Assembly (NCBI GenBank): GCA_040219255.1
Contig: JAVJSW010000077.1
Location: forward strand, 132,750-196,749
DNA: 64,000 nt
From: Sumerlaeia bacterium
Lineage (GTDB): Bacteria > Sumerlaeota > Sumerlaeia > SLMS01 > JAHLLQ01
Direction of reading: 5' to 3'
Part shown: positions 32,285 through 42,299 of the stretch, one piece after another
Numbering within the stretch: the first letter of the stretch is position 1
Layout: each line of letters starts with the position of its first letter
Notes under the pieces: generated by a model
Told to the model about the DNA's origin: nothing
Databases searched by the model: none
The model's input: the letters and a program-made list of their open reading frames with translations, nothing else
Made by a program: the position numbers and the translations under genes

Positions 32285-32586
32285 AGTACCTTCGTTGCGG
32301 CTCCACCGAGAGGGAGAAGGGTTGGATCGGCGGACACGAAATCGCGACCGTATCCTCCATCGTGCCGGAGGACGGATGGCCGCCGCAAGTCCTTCTCTGG
32401 GAAAAGGCGGCGCGCCAACCCATTGAGCCCTTGAATGGCTTGGGGGCCGATTCGAAGCAAGGAGAAAGACCGGCCCACAGGCGGCATCCGATTTGGTTGC
32501 CTTACCGGAAAGGCTGCCCCACCCTCGTGACCGCCGGTCGGTTTTCGAGATCGCCCATTCCCCCCGCGGCCCGCACCAGACGTCCC

Positions 32587-34473
32587 ATGCCTCCTCCCAC
32601 CGACTTCAAGGAAGCCATTCGCCAGATCAAGGACCAGGCCGACATCCTGGCCATCGTGGGGCGCACTGTGGCTTTGAAGAAGGCCGGCATGAACTACAAG
32701 GGGCTGTGTCCGTTCCATCAGGAAAAGACCCCTTCCTTCACCGTCTATCCGGACAAGAACCTTTACAAGTGCTACGGTTGCAATAAGTCCGGGTCGGTCC
32801 TGGACTTCGTGATGGAGACCGAGCGCCTGGATTTCATGGAGGCGCTGCGCCAACTCTCGCGCGAGACGGGGATCGAGTTGCCGAGCGACGATGCCTCGCC
32901 AGAGGACCGCGCGGCGCGGACCGAAGCCCAGGAGAAGCGCCACGCGATTTTCTCGGCGAACGAGTTCGCGCTGCAATGGTTCCGCACGAACCTGGTGCGG
33001 GGGCGCAATCGGGTGGCGACAGAGACGTTGGAGCGGCGGGGGATTTCGCGGGAGGTGGCGGAGCGATTCGCCATCGGCGCCACCATCGACGGCTGGGACC
33101 CGCTGACGATGGCGCTCCTGCGCGAGGGCTACAGCGCGCAACTACTGCAGGAGGCCGGGCTGTCGGGCCTGTCGGAAAAGAGCGGCAAGCTGTTCGACCG
33201 ATTCCGCGAACGCCTGATTTTTCCCATCCTGGATCATCGGGGCCGGCCCATCGGCTTTGGCGGCCGCCGGCTGAACGACGCGGACGAGAAAGCGCCGAAG
33301 TACCTGAACAGCGCGGAGACGGAGGTGTACAAAAAGGGCCAGTCGCTCTACGCGCTCGACGTGGCCCAGCAAGCGGTGTCGAAAGCCGGGTACGCCATCC
33401 TGACGGAAGGCTACATGGACACCATCATGGCGCATCAGCACGGCTTTCCCCAGGCCGTGGCGAGTCTCGGCACGGCTCTGACGCCGGATCAGGCGCGGCT
33501 GCTGAAGCGTTACGGCACCAAGCTTTACTTCCTCTATGACGGCGACGCCGCGGGGCAGAAGGCGATGCTGAAGGGGGGCGAGGCGATCCTGGGGGCAGGC
33601 TTCGACGCGCGAGTGATCGTCCTGCCGGACGGCATGGATCCGGACGATTTCCTGAAGGCGCAGGGGGCGGAGGCGCTGCGCGAGCGGATGAATTCGGCGG
33701 CGGAGTACTTCGAGTTCGCCCTGGACGCGCTAAGCGCGGAGGCGGACCCCTCGACGCTGGCGGGGCAGGGCCGGTTGGCCAGCCTGGCGGCGCCGATGAT
33801 CCAGGCGATCCGCAACGATGTGTTGCGGGAAGGCGCCATTTCGCGTCTGATTTCGCGCCTCGGCGGCATGCCGAGGGAAGCGGTCTACCATGAACTCGGC
33901 CTCTCGCACGGCGGCAAGCCTCAGGCCAAAGCGTGGAAGGAGCCGCCGCACCGGCCGACGGACCCGCGCGGCGGCGCCGATCCCAACGTGATCCCGCCGC
34001 CGGAGCCGCGGCGCGACGATGGCTCGACGCTCGATCCGCTCGATCGTTTCACGCTGAAGCTGATGCTGGAGAGCCCGGAGGCACTCGACCGGTTCCGGGG
34101 CGATTTGAACGAGGCTTGGCTGCGTGACGAGCGGCTGCGGGGCTGGGTGATGTTTTTCCACGATGGCGAGGAAAGCGTGCAGGACATGATCGCGGAGATC
34201 GAAGCGGGCGACTGCGAGGCGCCGGGCGATCTGGGCCTGCTGCACACGGTCTGGGCCGAGGAACAGCCCATCCCCAACGCCGGGCACGCGGCGGAGCAGT
34301 TGCTGGCCCGGCTGAAAAGAAGACACCATATGTCGATTTCGAATCAGCTCATCCGCGAATTGCGGAAGGCCGACGAAAGCTCGGTCAATGGAATGCTGCG
34401 CCTTTATCAGGAAGAGAATGGTCTCGTCATCAAGACCCAGCCGCCCCGGGCACCGGAGAACTCCGGGGGTTGA
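32587..34473 (+). CDS. dnaG: DNA primase
   Basis: CPFHQEKTPSF...CYGC zinc finger, RFRERLIFPI, KYLNSAET, TEGYMD and YDGDAAG TOPRIM motifs. Confidence 0.97.
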   Translation: MPPPTDFKEAIRQIKDQADILAIVGRTVALKKAGMNYKGLCPFHQEKTPSFTVYPDKNLYKCYGCNKSGSVLDFVMETERLDFMEALRQLSRETGIELPSDDASPEDRAARTEAQEKRHAIFSANEFALQWFRTNLVRGRNRVATETLERRGISREVAERFAIGATIDGWDPLTMALLREGYSAQLLQEAGLSGLSEKSGKLFDRFRERLIFPILDHRGRPIGFGGRRLNDADEKAPKYLNSAETEVYKKGQSLYALDVAQQAVSKAGYAILTEGYMDTIMAHQHGFPQAVASLGTALTPDQARLLKRYGTKLYFLYDGDAAGQKAMLKGGEAILGAGFDARVIVLPDGMDPDDFLKAQGAEALRERMNSAAEYFEFALDALSAEADPSTLAGQGRLASLAAPMIQAIRNDVLREGAISRLISRLGGMPREAVYHELGLSHGGKPQAKAWKEPPHRPTDPRGGADPNVIPPPEPRRDDGSTLDPLDRFTLKLMLESPEALDRFRGDLNEAWLRDERLRGWVMFFHDGEESVQDMIAEIEAGDCEAPGDLGLLHTVWAEEQPIPNAGHAAEQLLARLKRRHHMSISNQLIRELRKADESSVNGMLRLYQEENGLVIKTQPPRAPENSGG

Positions 34474-34610
34474 GACGTGAGGGACCGCCTTCCGGGCAAC
34501 CGCCGGGAGAGCCGGTGTGATGGTGAGTTGGTGGCGAAGGATGCGAGACGCCTCAAACGCCTTGCGCTCGTGAGGCGCTAGCCGGGAGGGATGCGTCGGC
34601 CAGCTAATTC

Positions 34611-35627
34611 GTGCCCACGGAGCCCCCGCCGATGACCCCTCACACCCCCTCCGACCACGCCGCCGAAGCGGTCCGCATCCTGGAAGCGGAAGCCTTGGCC
34701 CTGGCCCAAGTGGCGGAAGGACTCGACCGCCAGAAGTTCGCGCTGGCGGTCGAACTGCTCCTGCAGGCCCGCGCCCACGTCATCGTCAGCGGCATGGGCA
34801 AGAGCGGCCACATCGCCGCCAAAGTCGCCGCCACCCTGGCCAGCACCGGCACCCCCGCGTTCTACCTGCATCCCGGCGAGGCGGTGCATGGCGATCTGGG
34901 CATGTTGACGCGCGACAATGCCCTGGTGGCGTTTTCGCACAGTGGCGCCACGGACGAAGTGCTGAACCTGCTGCCCTACGCGCGCCAGCTCCACATTCCC
35001 GTCATCGCCATCACCGGCAATGGCGCCTCTCCCCTGGCCGAACGCGCGGCGGTGGCGCTGGTGTACCGGATCGAGGCGGAGGCGTGCCCGCTGAATCTGG
35101 CGCCAACGACTTCGACGACGGTGCAGCTCGCCATGGGCGACGCGATCGCGGGGGCTCTGATCCGTGCCCACGGGTTCCAGCCCGAGGACTTCGCCATCCG
35201 CCATCCGCTCGGTTCGCTGGGGCGGCGGCTGCAAATGCGCGTCGGCGACGTGATGGCGCGTGGGGCGGAACTGCCGGTGCTGGCGGAGACGGAGTCGCTC
35301 GAGGCGGCGCTGCATGCCATGACGCGTGGGCGGCTGGGCTGCGTGGCGTTTGTGGACGGAGCGGGCAGGCTGAGCGGAATTTTCACCGACGGCGACCTGC
35401 GGCGCCTGATCGGGCGGGAGGGCGGTCTGGACCTCGCCCGCCCCAGCCACGCCATCATGATCCGCAACCCCAAACGGGTTCGACCCGACTTGCGCGCCGT
35501 CAAGGCGGTGGACCTGATGGAAGCGTCGGGCAGCAAAATCACCGTCCTACCCGTCGTGGATGACGACGACCGGGTGGTCGGAATGATTCACCTGCACCAG
35601 TTGATCGAGGCGGGTTTGACGAGTTGA
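34611..35627 (+). CDS. kdsD: KpsF/GutQ family arabinose-5-phosphate isomerase (SIS domain plus CBS pair)
   Basis: SGMGKSGHIA, HPGEAVHGDLG, EACPLNLAPTTST, HPLGSLG and GIFTDGDLRR. Confidence 0.95.
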   Translation: MPTEPPPMTPHTPSDHAAEAVRILEAEALALAQVAEGLDRQKFALAVELLLQARAHVIVSGMGKSGHIAAKVAATLASTGTPAFYLHPGEAVHGDLGMLTRDNALVAFSHSGATDEVLNLLPYARQLHIPVIAITGNGASPLAERAAVALVYRIEAEACPLNLAPTTSTTVQLAMGDAIAGALIRAHGFQPEDFAIRHPLGSLGRRLQMRVGDVMARGAELPVLAETESLEAALHAMTRGRLGCVAFVDGAGRLSGIFTDGDLRRLIGREGGLDLARPSHAIMIRNPKRVRPDLRAVKAVDLMEASGSKITVLPVVDDDDRVVGMIHLHQLIEAGLTS

Positions 35628-35780
35628 AAGTTGTCAGCTACCGACTCAATACCGGGAGCCAAAGAATTATTATACTCGCCACATCTCGACCAATTTATAA
35701 ATTCCCCAGTATCGCAGAGTATAGATAAAAACAGACGAAGGAGCTTGCGCCAATCATGCCGTCAGTACGAAACATCCGAG

Positions 35781-37442
35781 CTACTTCACCATCTTGACCG
35801 TCACTTCACGGAAGGAGCCTTGAGTAGCGAGTTCAACTCCAGAAGCTTGAATTCGGAGGGTCGTCGTGTTTGGATCACTCACCAACAGACTACTCTTCTG
35901 AACGATGTTGCAATCAGTGGGAGCAAACATGTGCCGATGCAATTCGTTGCCCTGAGCATCCAATGCCACCATGTGATACCGGACTCCATGGTTGCCTCGG
36001 CCGCCGAATTCCACAACAAAGGTTTCTTCTGTCAGGAGCCGTCGCTCCTCACCATTAAGCGGGATATCGAAGTATGAGAATCCACTAGGCGGAGTGAAGA
36101 AGGCTCCGAACTCTCCACAACGGAAGTGGTCGGAAAACATATTGCTGCTTCCAATCCAGCCGTCTATCATTGGCAAACCTGAGCCTCGAACGGGATATGT
36201 TGGTATACCAGTGGGACTCGGGTGGACAACTAGATTGATGTTGGAATTAACGCGTCCAAGCGAGCCGTCACTGGTAAGGGTGACGACTCGTGGAGCGATG
36301 ACTAAAGTATCAGTGCCATTCGCAACGCCGATGAAGCGTGCCTTCGCACGAACGTCGACGGAGTTGCAGAATCCGGCATCGCGATATTCCACGATCGTAC
36401 CAATAGGGTGACTTGAGTCGCTTGATAGGTAATAAGCCTTCCCAGGTGTGAGACCTTGCATGTTGCCTACAGTTCCGGCTAACTGCAGTTGACCGTTCCC
36501 GATGTAAATTCCTAAGATGTAATCTTGGAAAGTTTCACAATCATCATAGGCAAGCCTCAGGTTTCCTGAGCCGGGGTCAAGATAAGCGACTTTGAGGTAA
36601 GCATCTTGTTCAATGAGTCCTTGTTCTAGCGACAGACCATTGAAGATAGAATGCTCGGTAAGATCAACGGTGCCATCCTCCCCCTTCGGCCCCCGGCAAT
36701 CCAACGCATCCCACACCCCATCGGTGTTCACATCTTCCTCTGGGTCCATGACGCCATCGTCGTCGAGATCCCAGCAGTTCAGGCCATCGGTGCCGTCTTC
36801 GCACTCGCAGGGCTCATCGACCGGCGGCTCCCCAAAGCACAACTCCATGCCGTAGGTCCTTGTGCTGATTGAGGTTTCGCCCGTCACGGGGTTCGGACCG
36901 TCGCCCTGAAACCCGCCTCGGACCGTGCCGGGGACGCGGGTGAAGGGACGAGGGGCCTGGTTGAGGGTGTAGAAGTAGCGCACGACGTCGTTCGCTCTCC
37001 ATCCGATGCCTGCTGCGTAGGTGCGGCCGGGCTGGAGGTTGAGACCGACGTCTCCGGAATCGACGAGGCCACGGGCACCGAAGGTTTCCGTGCGGGTTTG
37101 GCTCCAAAGAGGCGCCCAGGAGGCGCCGGTCGCATCACCTTCCAGGACAAAAAAGGTGAGGTCGGCGGTGTCGTCGTAGCGCGAGAGCAGGTCCATCGAG
37201 AAGCTTTCGAGGTACTCTGGGTTGTCGACGGTAAAGGCGACGCCACGGCTGAGGCCGGAGTCCTCGGCCTTGGTCGTACCGGCCACGGTTTCGCAAGCAA
37301 CGGTGATGTTGGCCGTGGAGTTGACCGTGAGAAGAAGCTCGGAGGGGTCGAGGGCGGGTTCCTTGGCCGAGGCCAAGGAATGGGTGAGGCACGCGAAGAG
37401 AGCGGCGGTTCCAACCAGCATTTTCGAAGCGGTAGTAGCCAT
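35781..37442 (-). CDS. secreted mosaic protein: N-terminal beta-domain, Ca-binding/collagen-like linker and low-GC C-terminal domains
   Basis: Signal peptide (MATTASKMLVGTAALFACLTHSLASA). DGTDGLNCWDLDDDGVMDPEEDVNTDGVWDALDCRGPKGEDG linker. GLTPGKAYYLS...FIGVA phage-structural-like motif. Confidence 0.75.
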   Translation of the reverse strand: MATTASKMLVGTAALFACLTHSLASAKEPALDPSELLLTVNSTANITVACETVAGTTKAEDSGLSRGVAFTVDNPEYLESFSMDLLSRYDDTADLTFFVLEGDATGASWAPLWSQTRTETFGARGLVDSGDVGLNLQPGRTYAAGIGWRANDVVRYFYTLNQAPRPFTRVPGTVRGGFQGDGPNPVTGETSISTRTYGMELCFGEPPVDEPCECEDGTDGLNCWDLDDDGVMDPEEDVNTDGVWDALDCRGPKGEDGTVDLTEHSIFNGLSLEQGLIEQDAYLKVAYLDPGSGNLRLAYDDCETFQDYILGIYIGNGQLQLAGTVGNMQGLTPGKAYYLSSDSSHPIGTIVEYRDAGFCNSVDVRAKARFIGVANGTDTLVIAPRVVTLTSDGSLGRVNSNINLVVHPSPTGIPTYPVRGSGLPMIDGWIGSSNMFSDHFRCGEFGAFFTPPSGFSYFDIPLNGEERRLLTEETFVVEFGGRGNHGVRYHMVALDAQGNELHRHMFAPTDCNIVQKSSLLVSDPNTTTLRIQASGVELATQGSFREVTVKMVK

Positions 37443-37620
37443 GGGGCGAGGTCTCCCGAAGAAATGACGCGACAAGCAAGCTTTTGACGACGCTTCTTCG
37501 TACCACCCCGTCCCTGGAATTGGCAAGCTTCTTTTTGTTAGAATTGCATCAATTGACTCGCGGCGTCTGAAACGAGGGGACTGAGGGAGTTCGGCCGATC
37601 ATCCTGCGTGTTCAAGACAA

Positions 37621-37937
37621 CTACTTCCCCACTGGCGAGTGGGGCCTGCGGGAGACTACCTCGGGCTTGGCGATCTCGAAGATTGTATGGGGGGTGTTGG
37701 GGTCGGTGATAGAGAGGATCGGGCAGCCACTCTCGCGGGCCACGGTTTTGACGCGCTCCACGGGAATGAGGTCGCCGTTGTAAGTGTCCGGCGCGTGGGC
37801 CGCCTGGCCGGTGCGCGGTTGAAAGCGGAAGCGGCCGCCGGGTCTGAGAACCCGGAGTGCATCGCGTTGGGCCGGGCCCGCCGGTCCCAAGCGAGCTTCA
37901 TGTAGATCGAGGGAGGGATGAGTTTCTTGAGGTTCAT
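37621..37937 (-). pseudogene. internally deleted, frameshifted class I methyltransferase
   Basis: N-terminus MNLKKLIPPSIYMKLAWDRRARPNAMH in one frame joins RDALRVLRPGGRFRFQ...DTYNG...FEIAK in another frame. The SAM-binding core is missing. Confidence 0.7.
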
Positions 37938-37958
37938 GAGACCGGGAACCAGCCCCCC

Positions 37959-40169
37959 TTACCGCCGCGCTTTGAAGATCATCGTGCTGAGCGGCGGCAG
38001 GGAGAGGTTGATGCTGTGGTAGTGGCCGTGCATGGCCCAGTGGTCGGCCTGGACGCCGCCGCTGTTGCCTTGGTTGCTGCCGCCATAGTGGGCCGAGTCG
38101 GAGTTGAGGACTTCCTCGTAGTAGCAGGGCCACGGGACGCCGAGGCGGTAGTCGTGGCGCGTGACGGGGGTCATGTTGATGATGACGACGAGGTGATCGC
38201 CATCGTCTCCCCAGCGGATGAAGCTCAGCACCGAAGACATGTGGTCGTTAGCTTCGATCCAGTTGAAGCCGCGTTCTTCGTGGTCGAAGCGCCAGAGGGC
38301 GGGTTCGCTGTGGTAGAGTTTGCCGAGGTCCGCCATGAAGTTTTCGACACCCTTGCGGCTCGGGTGGCCGGCCTCGTGCCAGTCGAGGCTGAGGTCGTGC
38401 TTCCATTCGCGGCCCTGGGCGAATTCCTGGCCCATGTAGAGGAGCTTCTTGCCCGGGTGGGTCCACATGTATCCGAGGAACATTCGGTAGTTGGCGAATT
38501 TCTGCCATTCGTCGCCGGGCATTTTGCCCAGCAGCGAGCCCTTGCCGTGCACGACTTCGTCGTGGCTGATGGGCAGCATGAAGTTTTCGCTGTAGGAGTA
38601 GATCATCGAGAAGGTGAGTTCGTTATGGTGGTAGCTGCGGTGGATGGGCTCCTTGGAGAAGAAGGAGAGGGAGTCGTTCATCCAGCCCATGTTCCACTTG
38701 AAGGTGAAACCGAGGCCGCCGAGGAAGGTCGGGCGCGACACACCGCCAAAGGAAGTGGATTCTTCCGCCACAGTGAAAGCGCCGGGAAACTGGCCGTGGA
38801 CTTCTTCGTTGAGGCTGCGAAGGAAATCGATGGCTTCGAGGTTTTCACGGCCGCCGAATTTGTTGGGGACCCATTCGCCTTCCTTGCGGCTGTAATCCAG
38901 ATACAGCATCGAAGCCACGGCGTCGACCCGCAGCCCGTCGATGTGGTATTCCTTGAGCCAGAAGAGGGCGTTGGCGATCAGGAAGTTGCGGACTTCGTTA
39001 CGCCCGTAATTGAAGATCAGCGTGCCCCAATCCTTGTGCTCGCCTTTGCGGGGATCGGCGTGTTCGTAGAGGGCGGTGCCGTCGAACTCGCGCAGGCCAT
39101 GGGCGTCTTTGGGGAAGTGCGCCGGAACCCAGTCGACGATGACGCCGATGTCGTTCTGGTGCAGGAGGTCGACCATGTACTTGAATTCGTCGGGGGTGCC
39201 GAAACGGGCCGTGGGGGCGTAGTAGCCGGTGACCTGATAGCCCCAGGAGCCATCGAAGGGGTGTTCGGCCAGCGGCATGAACTCGACGAAGTTGAAGTGG
39301 TAGCGCTTGCAGTGATCGACGAGTTTCTGGGCGACGTCGCGATAGCCGAGGAATTTTTCCGGATCGTCGGGCGACCGCATCCAGGAGCCCATGTGGATTT
39401 CGTAGACGGCCATGGGTTCGTTGAGCCATTGCTTGGTGCTGCGGTTTCCCATCCAGGATTGGTCGTCCCACTTGTACTGGCCCAGGCGATGGGTCAGCGC
39501 GGCGGTCTCGGGGCGCATCTGGGTCTTGAAGGCGTAGGGGTCGAGCTTGAGCAGAATGTGCCCCTGCTGGGTCTTGATTTCGAATTTGTAGATCGCGTTT
39601 TCGCCGAGGCCGGGGATGAAGAGTTCCCAGATGCCTGTGTTGCCGAGGATCCGCATTGGGCACAGACGCCCGTCCCAATAGTTGAAGTCGCCGACGACGG
39701 AGACGCGCTTGGCATTGGGGGCCCAGACGGCGAAGGAGACGCCCTTGACGCCATCGACGGTGCGGACCTGGGCGCCCATTTTGTCGAAGATGCGCCAGTG
39801 GCGGCCCTCGCTGGCCAGGTACATGTCGAGATCGCCGAAGGTGGGGCGGAAGCGATAGGGGTCTTCGCGCTCCCAAGTGGAGCCATTCTTGAAGGTCAGC
39901 CGGTACTTATAGCGGAACGGGTGGGGGATCTTGCGCGCTTCGACGTCGATGGCGAAGACGCCACCTTGGTGCATGCGCTGCATCACCAACGGGTCCTTGA
40001 CTCCCTCGACGATCAACTCGGCGGATTTGGCGTCGGGGTGATAAGTCCGGAAGGTGAGGAACTCGCCGCCCTCGTCATCGCGGTGGGGATGAATCCCGAG
40101 GATGGCGTGGGGGTCCCAGTGGTCGCCTCCGACGAGCAGATCGAGTTGTTCAGGGGACGGTGTCGGCAT
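37959..40169 (-). CDS. glgB: 1,4-alpha-glucan branching enzyme
   Basis: FAVWAPNAKRVSVVGDFNYW, YEIHMGSW, SWGYQVTGY, DWVPAHFP, GLRVDAVASMLY, AEESTS and SHDEVVHGK. Confidence 0.98.
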   Translation of the reverse strand: MPTPSPEQLDLLVGGDHWDPHAILGIHPHRDDEGGEFLTFRTYHPDAKSAELIVEGVKDPLVMQRMHQGGVFAIDVEARKIPHPFRYKYRLTFKNGSTWEREDPYRFRPTFGDLDMYLASEGRHWRIFDKMGAQVRTVDGVKGVSFAVWAPNAKRVSVVGDFNYWDGRLCPMRILGNTGIWELFIPGLGENAIYKFEIKTQQGHILLKLDPYAFKTQMRPETAALTHRLGQYKWDDQSWMGNRSTKQWLNEPMAVYEIHMGSWMRSPDDPEKFLGYRDVAQKLVDHCKRYHFNFVEFMPLAEHPFDGSWGYQVTGYYAPTARFGTPDEFKYMVDLLHQNDIGVIVDWVPAHFPKDAHGLREFDGTALYEHADPRKGEHKDWGTLIFNYGRNEVRNFLIANALFWLKEYHIDGLRVDAVASMLYLDYSRKEGEWVPNKFGGRENLEAIDFLRSLNEEVHGQFPGAFTVAEESTSFGGVSRPTFLGGLGFTFKWNMGWMNDSLSFFSKEPIHRSYHHNELTFSMIYSYSENFMLPISHDEVVHGKGSLLGKMPGDEWQKFANYRMFLGYMWTHPGKKLLYMGQEFAQGREWKHDLSLDWHEAGHPSRKGVENFMADLGKLYHSEPALWRFDHEERGFNWIEANDHMSSVLSFIRWGDDGDHLVVIINMTPVTRHDYRLGVPWPCYYEEVLNSDSAHYGGSNQGNSGGVQADHWAMHGHYHSINLSLPPLSTMIFKARR

Positions 40170-40368
40170 AGAAAGAATCTCCAACCTCGGCAAATGGGGT
40201 ATAGGGCCGGTCGGCAGAGCGTGGCAATGGCCCGGTTGAGTTGCGTGGGAAAGCCCTCGCAGGGATCGCTCCAACTTGAAGGGTTGGAATAAGCGAAGGG
40301 GTGAGCGGAGGAAAGCGGGAAGTCACACCGCAAGAACCTTTTGCGCCACAAAGGCTTTAGGAAAGCGC

Positions 40369-41196
40369 TTATCCGGCGGATGTCAGCGGTTTTTCCGTGT
40401 ATCGGACGATGCGCCATCCGTTCTGGGTTTTCTTCATGGTGATGGTGGCTTCCTTGGCGGTCTCGCGCCGGCCGACGATATCGTGGCGCTCGCCGATGAC
40501 TTTCGCGATGAAGCCGCTGATGCTTTCGCTGGTGACCTTGGCGAGGCGCTGTTGGCGATAGGCGCCGTCTTCCGCCTGATAAGTCTGGAGGCGGGTGAGG
40601 ACGTAATCGGATTCGGAGAGTCCGCCCGTCAGTTCCTCCGAGAGGGTGCGGAACTCGGTGACGAAATCCTGCGCATTCCAGGACTCGATGTAAGCGCGGG
40701 CGATGTCGGACGGCGAGGCGTCGCTCAGGTCGAGGTACTCGCTTTGTGTTTCGCTGGCTTTGCGCTTCAGATCTTTGACCGCCGAGAGATCGGCAGTCTC
40801 CGCCCGGGTGGAAACGTATTCGTCGCGGCGGAAGATGTACTCGACCCGCCCCAGCAAATCCAACGGATCGAAGGGTTTGGACAGGAAATCGTCGACACCC
40901 AGGCCACGAGCCCAGAATTCCGGCGGGCGTTTGTCGTCGGCGCCGAAGGCCGATAGAACCACGATCGGGATACGCCGCAGGCGCTGGTGGCGTTTGAGGC
41001 GCTTGACCACCTCCATGCCGGACACGCGGGGCATCATCAGGTCGCAGACGATCAAGTCCGGCTCCAGCTCCTCGGCTAGCTTCAGACCCGCTTCTCCGCC
41101 TTCGGCGCACTGGATCTTGTACCCCTTGGTCTTCAGGACCGTGCGGACGATTTCCAGCACTTCGCGTTCGTCATCGATGACAAGGATGGTTTTCAT
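40369..41196 (-). CDS. response regulator (REC) with an atypical NTF2-like C-terminal domain
   Basis: ILVIDDE, CDLMMP and FLSKPF receiver motifs. C-terminal SPSDIARAYIESWNAQDF...GWRIV is typical of NTF2-like folds (inference). Confidence 0.85.
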   Translation of the reverse strand: MKTILVIDDEREVLEIVRTVLKTKGYKIQCAEGGEAGLKLAEELEPDLIVCDLMMPRVSGMEVVKRLKRHQRLRRIPIVVLSAFGADDKRPPEFWARGLGVDDFLSKPFDPLDLLGRVEYIFRRDEYVSTRAETADLSAVKDLKRKASETQSEYLDLSDASPSDIARAYIESWNAQDFVTEFRTLSEELTGGLSESDYVLTRLQTYQAEDGAYRQQRLAKVTSESISGFIAKVIGERHDIVGRRETAKEATITMKKTQNGWRIVRYTEKPLTSAG

Positions 41197-41441
41197 GCGA
41201 TTCCTTCAAAGTTCAGGCGGCTTGGTTGCAAGAAAGGACGGCATCTTGCGGGGACGGAGTTCTGGGGGCAACGTCAATGAAGTATTCCACCCGCAAGGTT
41301 TCGTCCAGGTCAAGGCAAGCCCTGCGGTTGACACGCGCGCGTGCCCGCGCCGACCCTCGCGGCCCGGAGGTTGCTCTCCCCCGCCGCACAAACCGCCGCC
41401 GGGCGGATAACCCCCAAAACGCGAGAAAACCCGACCGCACG

Positions 41442-42299
41442 ATGACGACTCCGATGACAACCCGCACGCTGACCCTGGGCCATTCGCCCGATCCCGACGA
41501 CGCCTTCATGTTCTATGCCTTGGCCAAGGACAAGATCGACACCGGCGGGCTTGAATTCGAGCACATCCTCCAGGACATTCAGACCCTGAACGAGCGCGCC
41601 CTGCGCGAGGAACTCGACATCAGCGCCATCAGCATCCACGCCTACACCCGTGTCCTGGACAAGTACGCGCTGCTGCCCTGCGGCGCCTCGATGGGCGACA
41701 ACTACGGCCCGATCATCGTCGCGACGAAGGCTTTTGACGCCAACGAACTGCCGAAGAAAAAGATCGCCATTCCGGGCGAAATGACGTCCGCCTTCCTGGC
41801 GCTCAAGCTCTACCTGCGCACCGCGGACTTCGACTATGTCGTCGTGCCCTTCGACGAAATCATGGAGCACGTGAAGGTCGGCAAGAGCGACTGTGGCCTT
41901 TTGATCCATGAGGGTCAGTTGACCTACGAAGCGGAAGGCTTCGTCAACATCGTGAACCTGGGCGAGTGGTGGTTCGAGCGTACCGGCGGCCTGCCGCTGC
42001 CGCTCGGCGCCAACGTGATCCGCAAATCGCTCGGCGCCGAGATGCTGAGCCACATCAACCGCGTCCTGAAGGCGAGCATCGAGTACGGCCTCGTGAATCG
42101 CAAGGAAGCGGTCGCCCACAGCCTGCAATGGGGGCGGGGTATGAGCCACGACATGGCCGACGAATTCGTGGGCATGTATGTGAACGAGCTGACGCTGGAT
42201 TTCGGCGAGCGCGGCCGCGCCGGGGTCGAGCGGTTCCTGGCCGAAGCCCACGACATGGGCTTTATCGACGCCCCGGTGGAACTGGAGTTCGTGTCCTGA
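41442..42299 (+). CDS. mqnD: 1,4-dihydroxy-6-naphthoate synthase (futalosine menaquinone pathway, MqnA/MqnD family)
   Basis: LGHSPDPDDAFMFYAL, DIQTLN, GASMGDNYGP, LIHEGQLTY, LPLPLG and MYVNE. Confidence 0.92.
   Translation: MTTPMTTRTLTLGHSPDPDDAFMFYALAKDKIDTGGLEFEHILQDIQTLNERALREELDISAISIHAYTRVLDKYALLPCGASMGDNYGPIIVATKAFDANELPKKKIAIPGEMTSAFLALKLYLRTADFDYVVVPFDEIMEHVKVGKSDCGLLIHEGQLTYEAEGFVNIVNLGEWWFERTGGLPLPLGANVIRKSLGAEMLSHINRVLKASIEYGLVNRKEAVAHSLQWGRGMSHDMADEFVGMYVNELTLDFGERGRAGVERFLAEAHDMGFIDAPVELEFVS

Noticed and set aside
32587-35627. dnaG not followed by rpoD
   Set aside because: The dnaG-rpoD linkage is frequently broken; not informative by itself.
35631-36077. 148-aa plus-strand ORF in the low-GC patch
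   Set aside because: It overlaps the C-terminus of the minus-strand secreted protein and has no RBS or motif.
37560-37573. Isolated GCGGCGTCTGAAAC resembling the MITE terminal repeat
   Set aside because: No internal MITE sequence or partner end follows; a 13-nt match may be chance or an unresolvable scar.
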